From the NCBI GenBank assembly GCA_002269645.1, contig NIVC01004878.1, forward strand, positions 1 through 32,575: DNA of 32,575 nucleotides, written 5' to 3'. A model generated the notes under the pieces. It worked only from the letters and a program-made list of their open reading frames with translations, searched no databases and was not told the origin of the DNA. Below are positions 8,135-22,071 of this stretch, piece by piece. The first letter of the stretch is position 1. The number at the start of each line of letters is the position of its first letter. The position numbers were made by a program, and so were the translations under genes. The stretch is from Macrostomum lignano. Taxonomy: Eukaryota.

Positions 8135-11100
8135 CGCTGTCAATATATAAATTAAATGGAGAGCTTAGAAATGACACTCAATGGGGCTGATATACACAGG
8201 TGCAAAGATGACGCAGAGCCCGCTACTCTCAGCATCTCTAACTAGCCCTGTCGCTGTCAATATATAGAATTAAATGGAGAGCTTAGAAATGACACTCAAT
8301 GGGGCTGATATACACAGGTGCAAAGATGACGCAGAGCCCGCTACTCTCAGCATCTCTAACTAGCCCTGTCGCTGTCAATATATAGAATTAAATGGAGAGC
8401 TTAGAAATGACACTCAATGGGGCTGATATACACAGGTGCAAAGATGACGCAGAGCCCGCTACTCTCAGCATCTCTAACTAGCCCTGTCGCTGTCAATATA
8501 TAGAATTAAATGGAGAGCTTAGAAATGACACTCAATGGGGCTGATATACACAGGTGCAAAGATGACGCAGAGCCCGCTACTCTCAGCATCTCTAACTAGC
8601 CCTGTCGCTGTCAATATATAGAATTAAATGGAGAGCTTAGAAATGACACTCAATGGGGCTGATATACACAGGTGCAAAGATGACGCAGAGCCCGCTACTC
8701 TCAGCATCTCTAACTAGCCCTGTCGCTGTCAATATATAGAATTAAATGGAGAGCTTAGAAATGACACTCAATGGGGCTGATATACACAGGTGCAAAGATG
8801 ACGCAGAGCCCGCTACTCTCAGCATCTCTAACTAGCCCTGTCGCTGTCAATATATAGAATTAAATGGAGAGCTTAGAAATGACACTCAATGGGGCTGATA
8901 TACACAGGTGCAAAGATGACGCAGAGCCCGCTACTCTCAGCATCTCTAACTAGCCCTGTCGCTGTCAATATATAGAATTAAATGGAGAGCTTAGAAATGA
9001 CACTCAATGGGGCTGATATACACAGGTGCAAAGATGACGCAGAGCCCGCTACTCTCAGCATCTCTAACTAGCCCTGTCGCTGTCAATATATAGAATTAAA
9101 TGGAGAGCTTAGAAATGACACTCAATGGGGCTGATATACACAGGTGCAAAGATGACGCAGAGCCCGCTACTCTCAGCATCTCTAACTAGCCCTGTCGCTG
9201 TCAATATATAGAATTAAATGGAGAGCTTAGAAATGACACTCAATGGGGCTGATATACACAGGTGCAAAGATGACGCAGAGCCCGCTACTCTCAGCATCTC
9301 TAACTAGCCCTGTCGCTGTCAATATATAGAATTAAATGGAGAGCTTAGAAATGACACTCAATGGGGCTGATATACACAGGTGCAAAGATGACGCAGAGCC
9401 CGCTACTCTCAGCATCTCTAACTAGCCCTGTCGCTGTCAATATATAGAATTAAATGGAGAGCTTAGAAATGACACTCAATGGGGCTGATATACACAGGTG
9501 CAAAGATGACGCAGAGCCCGCTACTCTCAGCATCTCTAACTAGCCCTGTCGCTGTCAATATATAGAATTAAATGGAGAGCTTAGAAATGACACTCAATGG
9601 GGCTGATATACACAGGTGCAAAGATGACGCAGAGCCCGCTACTCTCAGCATCTCTAACTAGCCCTGTCGCTGTCAATATATAGAATTAAATGGAGAGCTT
9701 AGAAATGACACTCAATGGGGCTGATATACACAGGTGCAAAGATGACGCAGAGCCCGCTACTCTCAGCATCTCTAACTAGCCCTGTCGCTGTCAATATATA
9801 GAATTAAATGGAGAGCTTAGAAATGACACTCAATGGGGCTGATATACACAGGTGCAAAGATGACGCAGAGCCCGCTACTCTCAGCATCTCTAACTAGCCC
9901 TGTCGCTGTCAATATATAGAATTAAATGGAGAGCTTAGAAATGACACTCAATGGGGCTGATATACACAGGTGCAAAGATGACGCAGAGCCCGCTACTCTC
10001 AGCATCTCTAACTAGCCCTGTCGCTGTCAATATATAGAATTAAATGGAGAGCTTAGAAATGACACTCAATGGGGCTGATATACACAGGTGCAAAGATGAC
10101 GCAGAGCCCGCTACTCTCAGCATCTCTAACTAGCCCTGTCGCTGTCAATATATAGAATTAAATGGAGAGCTTAGAAATGACACTCAATGGGGCTGATATA
10201 CACAGGTGCAAAGATGACGCAGAGCCCGCTACTCTCAGCATCTCTAACTAGCCCTGTCGCTGTCAATATATAGAATTAAATGGAGAGCTTAGAAATGACA
10301 CTCAATGGGGCTGATATACACAGGTGCAAAGATGACGCAGAGCCCGCTACTCTCAGCATCTCTAACTAGCCCTGTCGCTGTCAATATATAGAATTAAATG
10401 GAGAGCTTAGAAATGACACTCAATGGGGCTGATATACACAGGTGCAAAGATGACGCAGAGCCCGCTACTCTCAGCATCTCTAACTAGCCCTGTCGCTGTC
10501 AATATATAGAATTAAATGGAGAGCTTAGAAATGACACTCAATGGGGCTGATATACACAGGTGCAAAGATGACGCAGAGCCCGCTACTCTCAGCATCTCTA
10601 ACTAGCCCTGTCGCTGTCAATATATAGAATTAAATGGAGAGCTTAGAAATGACACTCAATGGGGCTGATATACACAGGTGCAAAGATGACGCAGAGCCCG
10701 CTACTCTCAGCATCTCTAACTAGCCCTGTCGCTGTCAATATATAGAATTAAATGGAGAGCTTAGAAATGACACTCAATGGGGCTGATATACACAGGTGCA
10801 AAGATGACGCAGAGCCCGCTACTCTCAGCATCTCTAACTAGCCCTGTCGCTGTCAATATATAGAATTAAATGGAGAGCTTAGAAATGACACTCAATGGGG
10901 CTGATATACACAGGTGCAAAGATGACGCAGAGCCCGCTACTCTCAGCATCTCTAACTAGCCCTGTCGCTGTCAATATATAGAATTAAATGGAGAGCTTAG
11001 AAATGACACTCAATGGGGCTGATATACACAGGTGCAAAGATGACGCAGAGCCCGCTACTCTCAGCATCTCTAACTAGCCCTGTCGCTGTCAATATATAGA

Positions 11101-14100
11101 ATTAAATGGAGAGCTTAGAAATGACACTCAATGGGGCTGATATACACAGGTGCAAAGATGACGCAGAGCCCGCTACTCTCAGCATCTCTAACTAGCCCTG
11201 TCGCTGTCAATATATAGAATTAAATGGAGAGCTTAGAAATGACACTCAATGGGGCTGATATACACAGGTGCAAAGATGACGCAGAGCCCGCTACTCTCAG
11301 CATCTCTAACTAGCCCTGTCGCTGTCAATATATAGAATTAAATGGAGAGCTTAGAAATGACACTCAATGGGGCTGATATACACAGGTGCAAAGATGACGC
11401 AGAGCCCGCTACTCTCAGCATCTCTAACTAGCCCTGTCGCTGTCAATATATAGAATTAAATGGAGAGCTTAGAAATGACACTCAATGGGGCTGATATACA
11501 CAGGTGCAAAGATGACGCAGAGCCCGCTACTCTCAGCATCTCTAACTAGCCCTGTCGCTGTCAATATATAGAATTAAATGGAGAGCTTAGAAATGACACT
11601 CAATGGGGCTGATATACACAGGTGCAAAGATGACGCAGAGCCCGCTACTCTCAGCATCTCTAACTAGCCCTGTCGCTGTCAATATATAGAATTAAATGGA
11701 GAGCTTAGAAATGACACTCAATGGGGCTGATATACACAGGTGCAAAGATGACGCAGAGCCCGCTACTCTCAGCATCTCTAACTAGCCCTGTCGCTGTCAA
11801 TATATAGAATTAAATGGAGAGCTTAGAAATGACACTCAATGGGGCTGATATACACAGGTGCAAAGATGACGCAGAGCCCGCTACTCTCAGCATCTCTAAC
11901 TAGCCCTGTCGCTGTCAATATATAGAATTAAATGGAGAGCTTAGAAATGACACTCAATGGGGCTGATATACACAGGTGCAAAGATGACGCAGAGCCCGCT
12001 ACTCTCAGCATCTCTAACTAGCCCTGTCGCTGTCAATATATAGAATTAAATGGAGAGCTTAGAAATGACACTCAATGGGGCTGATATACACAGGTGCAAA
12101 GATGACGCAGAGCCCGCTACTCTCAGCATCTCTAACTAGCCCTGTCGCTGTCAATATATAGAATTAAATGGAGAGCTTAGAAATGACACTCAATGGGGCT
12201 GATATACACAGGTGCAAAGATGACGCAGAGCCCGCTACTCTCAGCATCTCTAACTAGCCCTGTCGCTGTCAATATATAGAATTAAATGGAGAGCTTAGAA
12301 ATGACACTCAATGGGGCTGATATACACAGGTGCAAAGATGACGCAGAGCCCGCTACTCTCAGCATCTCTAACTAGCCCTGTCGCTGTCAATATATAGAAT
12401 TAAATGGAGAGCTTAGAAATGACACTCAATGGGGCTGATATACACAGGTGCAAAGATGACGCAGAGCCCGCTACTCTCAGCATCTCTAACTAGCCCTGTC
12501 GCTGTCAATATATAGAATTAAATGGAGAGCTTAGAAATGACACTCAATGGGGCTGATATACACAGGTGCAAAGATGACGCAGAGCCCGCTACTCTCAGCA
12601 TCTCTAACTAGCCCTGTCGCTGTCAATATATAGAATTAAATGGAGAGCTTAGAAATGACACTCAATGGGGCTGATATACACAGGTGCAAAGATGACGCAG
12701 AGCCCGCTACTCTCAGCATCTCTAACTAGCCCTGTCGCTGTCAATATATAGAATTAAATGGAGAGCTTAGAAATGACACTCAATGGGGCTGATATACACA
12801 GGTGCAAAGATGACGCAGAGCCCGCTACTCTCAGCATCTCTAACTAGCCCTGTCGCTGTCAATATATAGAATTAAATGGAGAGCTTAGAAATGACACTCA
12901 ATGGGGCTGATATACACAGGTGCAAAGATGACGCAGAGCCCGCTACTCTCAGCATCTCTAACTAGCCCTGTCGCTGTCAATATATAGAATTAAATGGAGA
13001 GCTTAGAAATGACACTCAATGGGGCTGATATACACAGGTGCAAAGATGACGCAGAGCCCGCTACTCTCAGCATCTCTAACTAGCCCTGTCGCTGTCAATA
13101 TATAGAATTAAATGGAGAGCTTAGAAATGACACTCAATGGGGCTGATATACACAGGTGCAAAGATGACGCAGAGCCCGCTACTCTCAGCATCTCTAACTA
13201 GCCCTGTCGCTGTCAATATATAGAATTAAATGGAGAGCTTAGAAATGACACTCAATGGGGCTGATATACACAGGTGCAAAGATGACGCAGAGCCCGCTAC
13301 TCTCAGCATCTCTAACTAGCCCTGTCGCTGTCAATATATAGAATTAAATGGAGAGCTTAGAAATGACACTCAATGGGGCTGATATACACAGGTGCAAAGA
13401 TGACGCAGAGCCCGCTACTCTCAGCATCTCTAACTAGCCCTGTCGCTGTCAATATATAGAATTAAATGGAGAGCTTAGAAATGACACTCAATGGGGCTGA
13501 TATACACAGGTGCAAAGATGACGCAGAGCCCGCTACTCTCAGCATCTCTAACTAGCCCTGTCGCTGTCAATATATAGAATTAAATGGAGAGCTTAGAAAT
13601 GACACTCAATGGGGCTGATATACACAGGTGCAAAGATGACGCAGAGCCCGCTACTCTCAGCATCTCTAACTAGCCCTGTCGCTGTCAATATATAGAATTA
13701 AATGGAGAGCTTAGAAATGACACTCAATGGGGCTGATATACACAGGTGCAAAGATGACGCAGAGCCCGCTACTCTCAGCATCTCTAACTAGCCCTGTCGC
13801 TGTCAATATATAGAATTAAATGGAGAGCTTAGAAATGACACTCAATGGGGCTGATATACACAGGTGCAAAGATGACGCAGAGCCCGCTACTCTCAGCATC
13901 TCTAACTAGCCCTGTCGCTGTCAATATATAGAATTAAATGGAGAGCTTAGAAATGACACTCAATGGGGCTGATATACACAGGTGCAAAGATGACGCAGAG
14001 CCCGCTACTCTCAGCATCTCTAACTAGCCCTGTCGCTGTCAATATATAGAATTAAATGGAGAGCTTAGAAATGACACTCAATGGGGCTGATATACACAGG

Positions 14101-17100
14101 TGCAAAGATGACGCAGAGCCCGCTACTCTCAGCATCTCTAACTAGCCCTGTCGCTGTCAATATATAGAATTAAATGGAGAGCTTAGAAATGACACTCAAT
14201 GGGGCTGATATACACAGGTGCAAAGATGACGCAGAGCCCGCTACTCTCAGCATCTCTAACTAGCCCTGTCGCTGTCAATATATAGAATTAAATGGAGAGC
14301 TTAGAAATGACACTCAATGGGGCTGATATACACAGGTGCAAAGATGACGCAGAGCCCGCTACTCTCAGCATCTCTAACTAGCCCTGTCGCTGTCAATATA
14401 TAGAATTAAATGGAGAGCTTAGAAATGACACTCAATGGGGCTGATATACACAGGTGCAAAGATGACGCAGAGCCCGCTACTCTCAGCATCTCTAACTAGC
14501 CCTGTCGCTGTCAATATATAGAATTAAATGGAGAGCTTAGAAATGACACTCAATGGGGCTGATATACACAGGTGCAAAGATGACGCAGAGCCCGCTACTC
14601 TCAGCATCTCTAACTAGCCCTGTCGCTGTCAATATATAGAATTAAATGGAGAGCTTAGAAATGACACTCAATGGGGCTGATATACACAGGTGCAAAGATG
14701 ACGCAGAGCCCGCTACTCTCAGCATCTCTAACTAGCCCTGTCGCTGTCAATATATAGAATTAAATGGAGAGCTTAGAAATGACACTCAATGGGGCTGATA
14801 TACACAGGTGCAAAGATGACGCAGAGCCCGCTACTCTCAGCATCTCTAACTAGCCCTGTCGCTGTCAATATATAGAATTAAATGGAGAGCTTAGAAATGA
14901 CACTCAATGGGGCTGATATACACAGGTGCAAAGATGACGCAGAGCCCGCTACTCTCAGCATCTCTAACTAGCCCTGTCGCTGTCAATATATAGAATTAAA
15001 TGGAGAGCTTAGAAATGACACTCAATGGGGCTGATATACACAGGTGCAAAGATGACGCAGAGCCCGCTACTCTCAGCATCTCTAACTAGCCCTGTCGCTG
15101 TCAATATATAGAATTAAATGGAGAGCTTAGAAATGACACTCAATGGGGCTGATATACACAGGTGCAAAGATGACGCAGAGCCCGCTACTCTCAGCATCTC
15201 TAACTAGCCCTGTCGCTGTCAATATATAGAATTAAATGGAGAGCTTAGAAATGACACTCAATGGGGCTGATATACACAGGTGCAAAGATGACGCAGAGCC
15301 CGCTACTCTCAGCATCTCTAACTAGCCCTGTCGCTGTCAATATATAGAATTAAATGGAGAGCTTAGAAATGACACTCAATGGGGCTGATATACACAGGTG
15401 CAAAGATGACGCAGAGCCCGCTACTCTCAGCATCTCTAACTAGCCCTGTCGCTGTCAATATATAGAATTAAATGGAGAGCTTAGAAATGACACTCAATGG
15501 GGCTGATATACACAGGTGCAAAGATGACGCAGAGCCCGCTACTCTCAGCATCTCTAACTAGCCCTGTCGCTGTCAATATATAGAATTAAATGGAGAGCTT
15601 AGAAATGACACTCAATGGGGCTGATATACACAGGTGCAAAGATGACGCAGAGCCCGCTACTCTCAGCATCTCTAACTAGCCCTGTCGCTGTCAATATATA
15701 GAATTAAATGGAGAGCTTAGAAATGACACTCAATGGGGCTGATATACACAGGTGCAAAGATGACGCAGAGCCCGCTACTCTCAGCATCTCTAACTAGCCC
15801 TGTCGCTGTCAATATATAGAATTAAATGGAGAGCTTAGAAATGACACTCAATGGGGCTGATATACACAGGTGCAAAGATGACGCAGAGCCCGCTACTCTC
15901 AGCATCTCTAACTAGCCCTGTCGCTGTCAATATATAGAATTAAATGGAGAGCTTAGAAATGACACTCAATGGGGCTGATATACACAGGTGCAAAGATGAC
16001 GCAGAGCCCGCTACTCTCAGCATCTCTAACTAGCCCTGTCGCTGTCAATATATAGAATTAAATGGAGAGCTTAGAAATGACACTCAATGGGGCTGATATA
16101 CACAGGTGCAAAGATGACGCAGAGCCCGCTACTCTCAGCATCTCTAACTAGCCCTGTCGCTGTCAATATATAGAATTAAATGGAGAGCTTAGAAATGACA
16201 CTCAATGGGGCTGATATACACAGGTGCAAAGATGACGCAGAGCCCGCTACTCTCAGCATCTCTAACTAGCCCTGTCGCTGTCAATATATAGAATTAAATG
16301 GAGAGCTTAGAAATGACACTCAATGGGGCTGATATACACAGGTGCAAAGATGACGCAGAGCCCGCTACTCTCAGCATCTCTAACTAGCCCTGTCGCTGTC
16401 AATATATAGAATTAAATGGAGAGCTTAGAAATGACACTCAATGGGGCTGATATACACAGGTGCAAAGATGACGCAGAGCCCGCTACTCTCAGCATCTCTA
16501 ACTAGCCCTGTCGCTGTCAATATATAGAATTAAATGGAGAGCTTAGAAATGACACTCAATGGGGCTGATATACACAGGTGCAAAGATGACGCAGAGCCCG
16601 CTACTCTCAGCATCTCTAACTAGCCCTGTCGCTGTCAATATATAGAATTAAATGGAGAGCTTAGAAATGACACTCAATGGGGCTGATATACACAGGTGCA
16701 AAGATGACGCAGAGCCCGCTACTCTCAGCATCTCTAACTAGCCCTGTCGCTGTCAATATATAGAATTAAATGGAGAGCTTAGAAATGACACTCAATGGGG
16801 CTGATATACACAGGTGCAAAGATGACGCAGAGCCCGCTACTCTCAGCATCTCTAACTAGCCCTGTCGCTGTCAATATATAGAATTAAATGGAGAGCTTAG
16901 AAATGACACTCAATGGGGCTGATATACACAGGTGCAAAGATGACGCAGAGCCCGCTACTCTCAGCATCTCTAACTAGCCCTGTCGCTGTCAATATATAGA
17001 ATTAAATGGAGAGCTTAGAAATGACACTCAATGGGGCTGATATACACAGGTGCAAAGATGACGCAGAGCCCGCTACTCTCAGCATCTCTAACTAGCCCTG

Positions 17101-19652
17101 TCGCTGTCAATATATAGAATTAAATGGAGAGCTTAGAAATGACACTCAATGGGGCTGATATACACAGGTGCAAAGATGACGCAGAGCCCGCTACTCTCAG
17201 CATCTCTAACTAGCCCTGTCGCTGTCAATATATAGAATTAAATGGAGAGCTTAGAAATGACACTCAATGGGGCTGATATACACAGGTGCAAAGATGACGC
17301 AGAGCCCGCTACTCTCAGCATCTCTAACTAGCCCTGTCGCTGTCAATATATAGAATTAAATGGAGAGCTTAGAAATGACACTCAATGGGGCTGATATACA
17401 CAGGTGCAAAGATGACGCAGAGCCCGCTACTCTCAGCATCTCTAACTAGCCCTGTCGCTGTCAATATATAGAATTAAATGGAGAGCTTAGAAATGACACT
17501 CAATGGGGCTGATATACACAGGTGCAAAGATGACGCAGAGCCCGCTACTCTCAGCATCTCTAACTAGCCCTGTCGCTGTCAATATATAGAATTAAATGGA
17601 GAGCTTAGAAATGACACTCAATGGGGCTGATATACACAGGTGCAAAGATGACGCAGAGCCCGCTACTCTCAGCATCTCTAACTAGCCCTGTCGCTGTCAA
17701 TATATAGAATTAAATGGAGAGCTTAGAAATGACACTCAATGGGGCTGATATACACAGGTGCAAAGATGACGCAGAGCCCGCTACTCTCAGCATCTCTAAC
17801 TAGCCCTGTCGCTGTCAATATATAGAATTAAATGGAGAGCTTAGAAATGACACTCAATGGGGCTGATATACACAGGTGCAAAGATGACGCAGAGCCCGCT
17901 ACTCTCAGCATCTCTAACTAGCCCTGTCGCTGTCAATATATAGAATTAAATGGAGAGCTTAGAAATGACACTCAATGGGGCTGATATACACAGGTGCAAA
18001 GATGACGCAGAGCCCGCTACTCTCAGCATCTCTAACTAGCCCTGTCGCTGTCAATATATAGAATTAAATGGAGAGCTTAGAAATGACACTCAATGGGGCT
18101 GATATACACAGGTGCAAAGATGACGCAGAGCCCGCTACTCTCAGCATCTCTAACTAGCCCTGTCGCTGTCAATATATAGAATTAAATGGAGAGCTTAGAA
18201 ATGACACTCAATGGGGCTGATATACACAGGTGCAAAGATGACGCAGAGCCCGCTACTCTCAGCATCTCTAACTAGCCCTGTCGCTGTCAATATATAGAAT
18301 TAAATGGAGAGCTTAGAAATGACACTCAATGGGGCTGATATACACAGGTGCAAAGATGACGCAGAGCCCGCTACTCTCAGCATCTCTAACTAGCCCTGTC
18401 GCTGTCAATATATAGAATTAAATGGAGAGCTTAGAAATGACACTCAATGGGGCTGATATACACAGGTGCAAAGATGACGCAGAGCCCGCTACTCTCAGCA
18501 TCTCTAACTAGCCCTGTCGCTGTCAATATATAGAATTAAATGGAGAGCTTAGAAATGACACTCAATGGGGCTGATATACACAGGTGCAAAGATGACGCAG
18601 AGCCCGCTACTCTCAGCATCTCTAACTAGCCCTGTCGCTGTCAATATATAGAATTAAATGGAGAGCTTAGAAATGACACTCAATGGGGCTGATATACACA
18701 GGTGCAAAGATGACGCAGAGCCCGCTACTCTCAGCATCTCTAACTAGCCCTGTCGCTGTCAATATATAGAATTAAATGGAGAGCTTAGAAATGACACTCA
18801 ATGGGGCTGATATACACAGGTGCAAAGATGACGCAGAGCCCGCTACTCTCAGCATCTCTAACTAGCCCTGTCGCTGTCAATATATAGAATTAAATGGAGA
18901 GCTTAGAAATGACACTCAATGGGGCTGATATACACAGGTGCAAAGATGACGCAGAGCCCGCTACTCTCAGCATCTCTAACTAGCCCTGTCGCTGTCAATA
19001 TATAGAATTAAATGGAGAGCTTAGAAATGACACTCAATGGGGCTGATATACACAGGTGCAAAGATGACGCAGAGCCCGCTACTCTCAGCATCTCTAACTA
19101 GCCCTGTCGCTGTCAATATATAGAATTAAATGGAGAGCTTAGAAATGACACTCAATGGGGCTGATATACACAGGTGCAAAGATGACGCAGAGCCCGCTAC
19201 TCTCAGCATCTCTAACTAGCCCTGTCGCTGTCAATATATAGAATTAAATGGAGAGCTTAGAAATGACACTCAATGGGGCTGATATACACAGGTGCAAAGA
19301 TGACGCAGAGCCCGCTACTCTCAGCATCTCTAACTAGCCCTGTCGCTGTCAATATATAGAATTAAATGGAGAGCTTAGAAATGACACTCAATGGGGCTGA
19401 TATACACAGGTGCAAAGATGACGCAGAGCCCGCTACTCTCAGCATCTCTAACTAGCCCTGTCGCTGTCAATATATAGAATTAAATGGAGAGCTTAGAAAT
19501 GACACTCAATGGGGCTGATATACACAGGTGCAAAGATGACGCAGAGCCCGCTACACTCAGCATCTCTAACTAGCCCTGTCGCTGTCAATATATAGAATTA
19601 AATGGAGAGCTTAGAAATGACACTCAATGGGGCTGATATACGCAGGTGCAAA
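8135..19652. repeat. 118-bp satellite array, about 97.6 near-identical copies (11.5 kb)
   Basis: Unit: CGCTGTCAATATATAGAATTAAATGGAGAGCTTAGAAATGACACTCAATGGGGCTGATATACACAGGTGCAAAGATGACGCAGAGCCCGCTACTCTCAGCATCTCTAACTAGCCCTGT. Lines recur every 3540 nt = 30 x 118 (8221, 11761, 15301, 18841). The only variants I saw are in the edge copies (about 8150, 19555, 19642). Confidence 0.98.
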
Positions 19653-19963
19653 TATTGTTATTTACATAGTTATTTGAATAACTATAACTTCAAATAGTTT
19701 TTCGAAGGATTGTAGTTTTGTCTCTTGAAGTCTAATATGTGTCTTTGTTTTTCTCCTTAAAGTAGTGTATCTGATTTTAGCTTTATTTTTGTTGGGATAG
19801 GGAAAATCTTGTGTTGTTTTATTGGTTTAAGTTTCGTCATTTTTTATATGGGGTATATTTAGAATATATCCTTTTTTGAAACGGTAATTTTTTGCGCGTC
19901 ATTTTTAGTTACTTAGAGGATATATTCGATTGTGTCATTTCTACATTCTGCGTCATCCAAACG

Positions 19964-21410
19964 CCACTACATGAATCTGCCTCTCCACTACATGAATCTG
20001 CCTCTCCACTACATGAATCTGCCTCTCCACTACATGAATCTGCCTCTCCACTACATGAATCTGCCTCTCCACTACATGAATCTGCCTCTCCACTACATGA
20101 ATCTGCCTCTCCACTACATGAATCTGCCTCTCCACTACATGAATCTGCCTCTCCACTACATGAATCTGCCTCTCCACTACATGAATCTGCCTCTCCACTA
20201 CATGAATCTGCCTCTCCACTACATGAATCTGCCTCTCCACTACATGAATCTGCCTCTCCACTACATGAATCTGCCTCTCCACTACATGAATCTGCCTCTC
20301 CACTACATGAATCTGCCTCTCCACTACATGAATCTGCCTCTCCACTACATGAATCTGCCCCTCCACTACATGAATCTGCCTCTCCACTACATGAATCTGC
20401 CTCTCCACTACATGAATCTGCCTCTCCACTACATGAATCTGCCTCTCCACTACATGAATCTGCCTCTCCACTACATGAATCTGCCTCTCCACTACATGAA
20501 TCTGCCTCTCCACTACATGAATCTGCCTCTCCACTACATGAATCTGCCTCTCCACTACATGAATCTGCCCCTCCACTACATGAATCTGCCTCTCCACTAC
20601 ATGAATCTGCCCCTCCACTACATGAATCTGCCCCTCCACTACATGAATCTGCTTCTCCACTACATGAATCTGCTTCTCCACTACATGAATCTGCTTCTCC
20701 ACTACATGAATCTGCTTCTCCACTACATGAATCTGCCCCTCCACTACATGAATCTGCTTCTCCACTACATGAATCTGCTTCTCCACTACATGAATCTGCC
20801 CCTCCACTACATGAATCTGCCCCTCCACTACATGAATCTGCCCCTCCACTACATGAATCTGCTTCTCCACTACATGAATCTGCCTCTCCACTAAATGAAT
20901 CTGCCTCTCCACTATATGAATCTGCCCCTCCACTACATGAATCTGCCCCTCCACTACATGAATCTGCTTCTCCACTACATGAATCTGCCCCTCCACTACA
21001 TGAATCTGCCCCTCCACTACATGAATCTGCTTCTCCACTACATGAATCTGCTTCTCCACTACATGAATCTGCCTCTCCACTACATGAATCTGCTTCTCCA
21101 CTACATGAATCTGCCTCTCCACTATATGAATCTGCCCCTCCACTACATGAATCTGCTTCTCCACTACATGAATCTGCCTCTCCACTATATGAATCTGCCC
21201 CTCCACTACATGAATCTGCCTCTCCACTACATGAATCTGCCTCTCCACTTCGTGAATCTGCCTCTCCACTTCGTGAGTCTGCCTCTCCACTTCGTGAATC
21301 TGCCTCTCCACTAAATAAATCTGCCTCTCCACTACATCAATCTGCCTCTCCACTACATCAATCTGCCTCTCCACTACATCAATCTGCCTCTCCACTACAT
21401 GAATCTGCAT
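19964..21410. repeat. 21-bp minisatellite CCACTACATGAATCTGCCTCT, about 69 copies
   Basis: Period of 21, with variants accumulating toward the right end. Source of the ASPLHES, YMNLPLH and VERQIHV ORFs. Confidence 0.97.
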
Positions 21411-22071
21411 GAATTTTATGGAAAATTCAAACTCAGTAAAAACGGGCGACTCAAAAACGCGCTAGGCTGAAAAAGTCACTTCATTTTTCTACTGTACGAT
21501 TAAACAAAATTTTAAAGTTTCTATTTCTATCCCCAAAACCAGTGGAAACTCTACTCTCTCATCACCAGCCTAAGCAGGGGGCCTCGCAAATTGCATCACC
21601 CAACAGGTTGTTGAGACGAGAGCCGCGGGCGTGGTGTGAATGGCGTCACTTGGGTCTGAGATCTGAGGAAAGTTTCAGGGGGGGGGGGAACTTAAACATG
21701 TTGCTGATTGTAAAAACCTCAAAGCGTTCTCTTGTCAGTTATATGCTTTGTTCTCTTGCTTCTATGCTTCTCTTTGGCCGCTATTTTGCTGTGCAGATAA
21801 AAAACTGCTAAAGGTGCAGTGCCAATGCTCTGCCTTAGATTTGGCCTTATCAAATTTACTGAGAGTTACACACTCTTCTCTAACCCTTCTCTAATTACTA
21901 GGGAGAGTACAGTGCTCTTCCTCTCCGCTGTACAGCTGGGAAGGAGTGTACAGTGTGAGTATACTACACGCTTGGTCTTCAAATATAATTAGGCTTGCAT
22001 GGCGGCACCAGCGTGTTTTAGCTGGGTGTTCTATAGCACAGGGTCTCCGGTCAGAACACTGAAATCCTACA

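Noticed and set aside
8135-19652. 118-bp unit as 5S rDNA, spliced-leader RNA, snRNA or hammerhead ribozyme array
   Set aside because: The length is suggestive, but there is no resemblance to 5S, no AUG|GU leader junction or Sm site, no Pol III A/B boxes, and no CUGANGA...GAAA core on either strand.
19892-21412. 506-, 485-, 320- and 139-aa ORFs as real proteins
   Set aside because: They are translations of a 21-bp unit lacking stops in several frames. The longest starts at TTG, they overlap on both strands, and no convincing splice sites or non-repeat domain are present.
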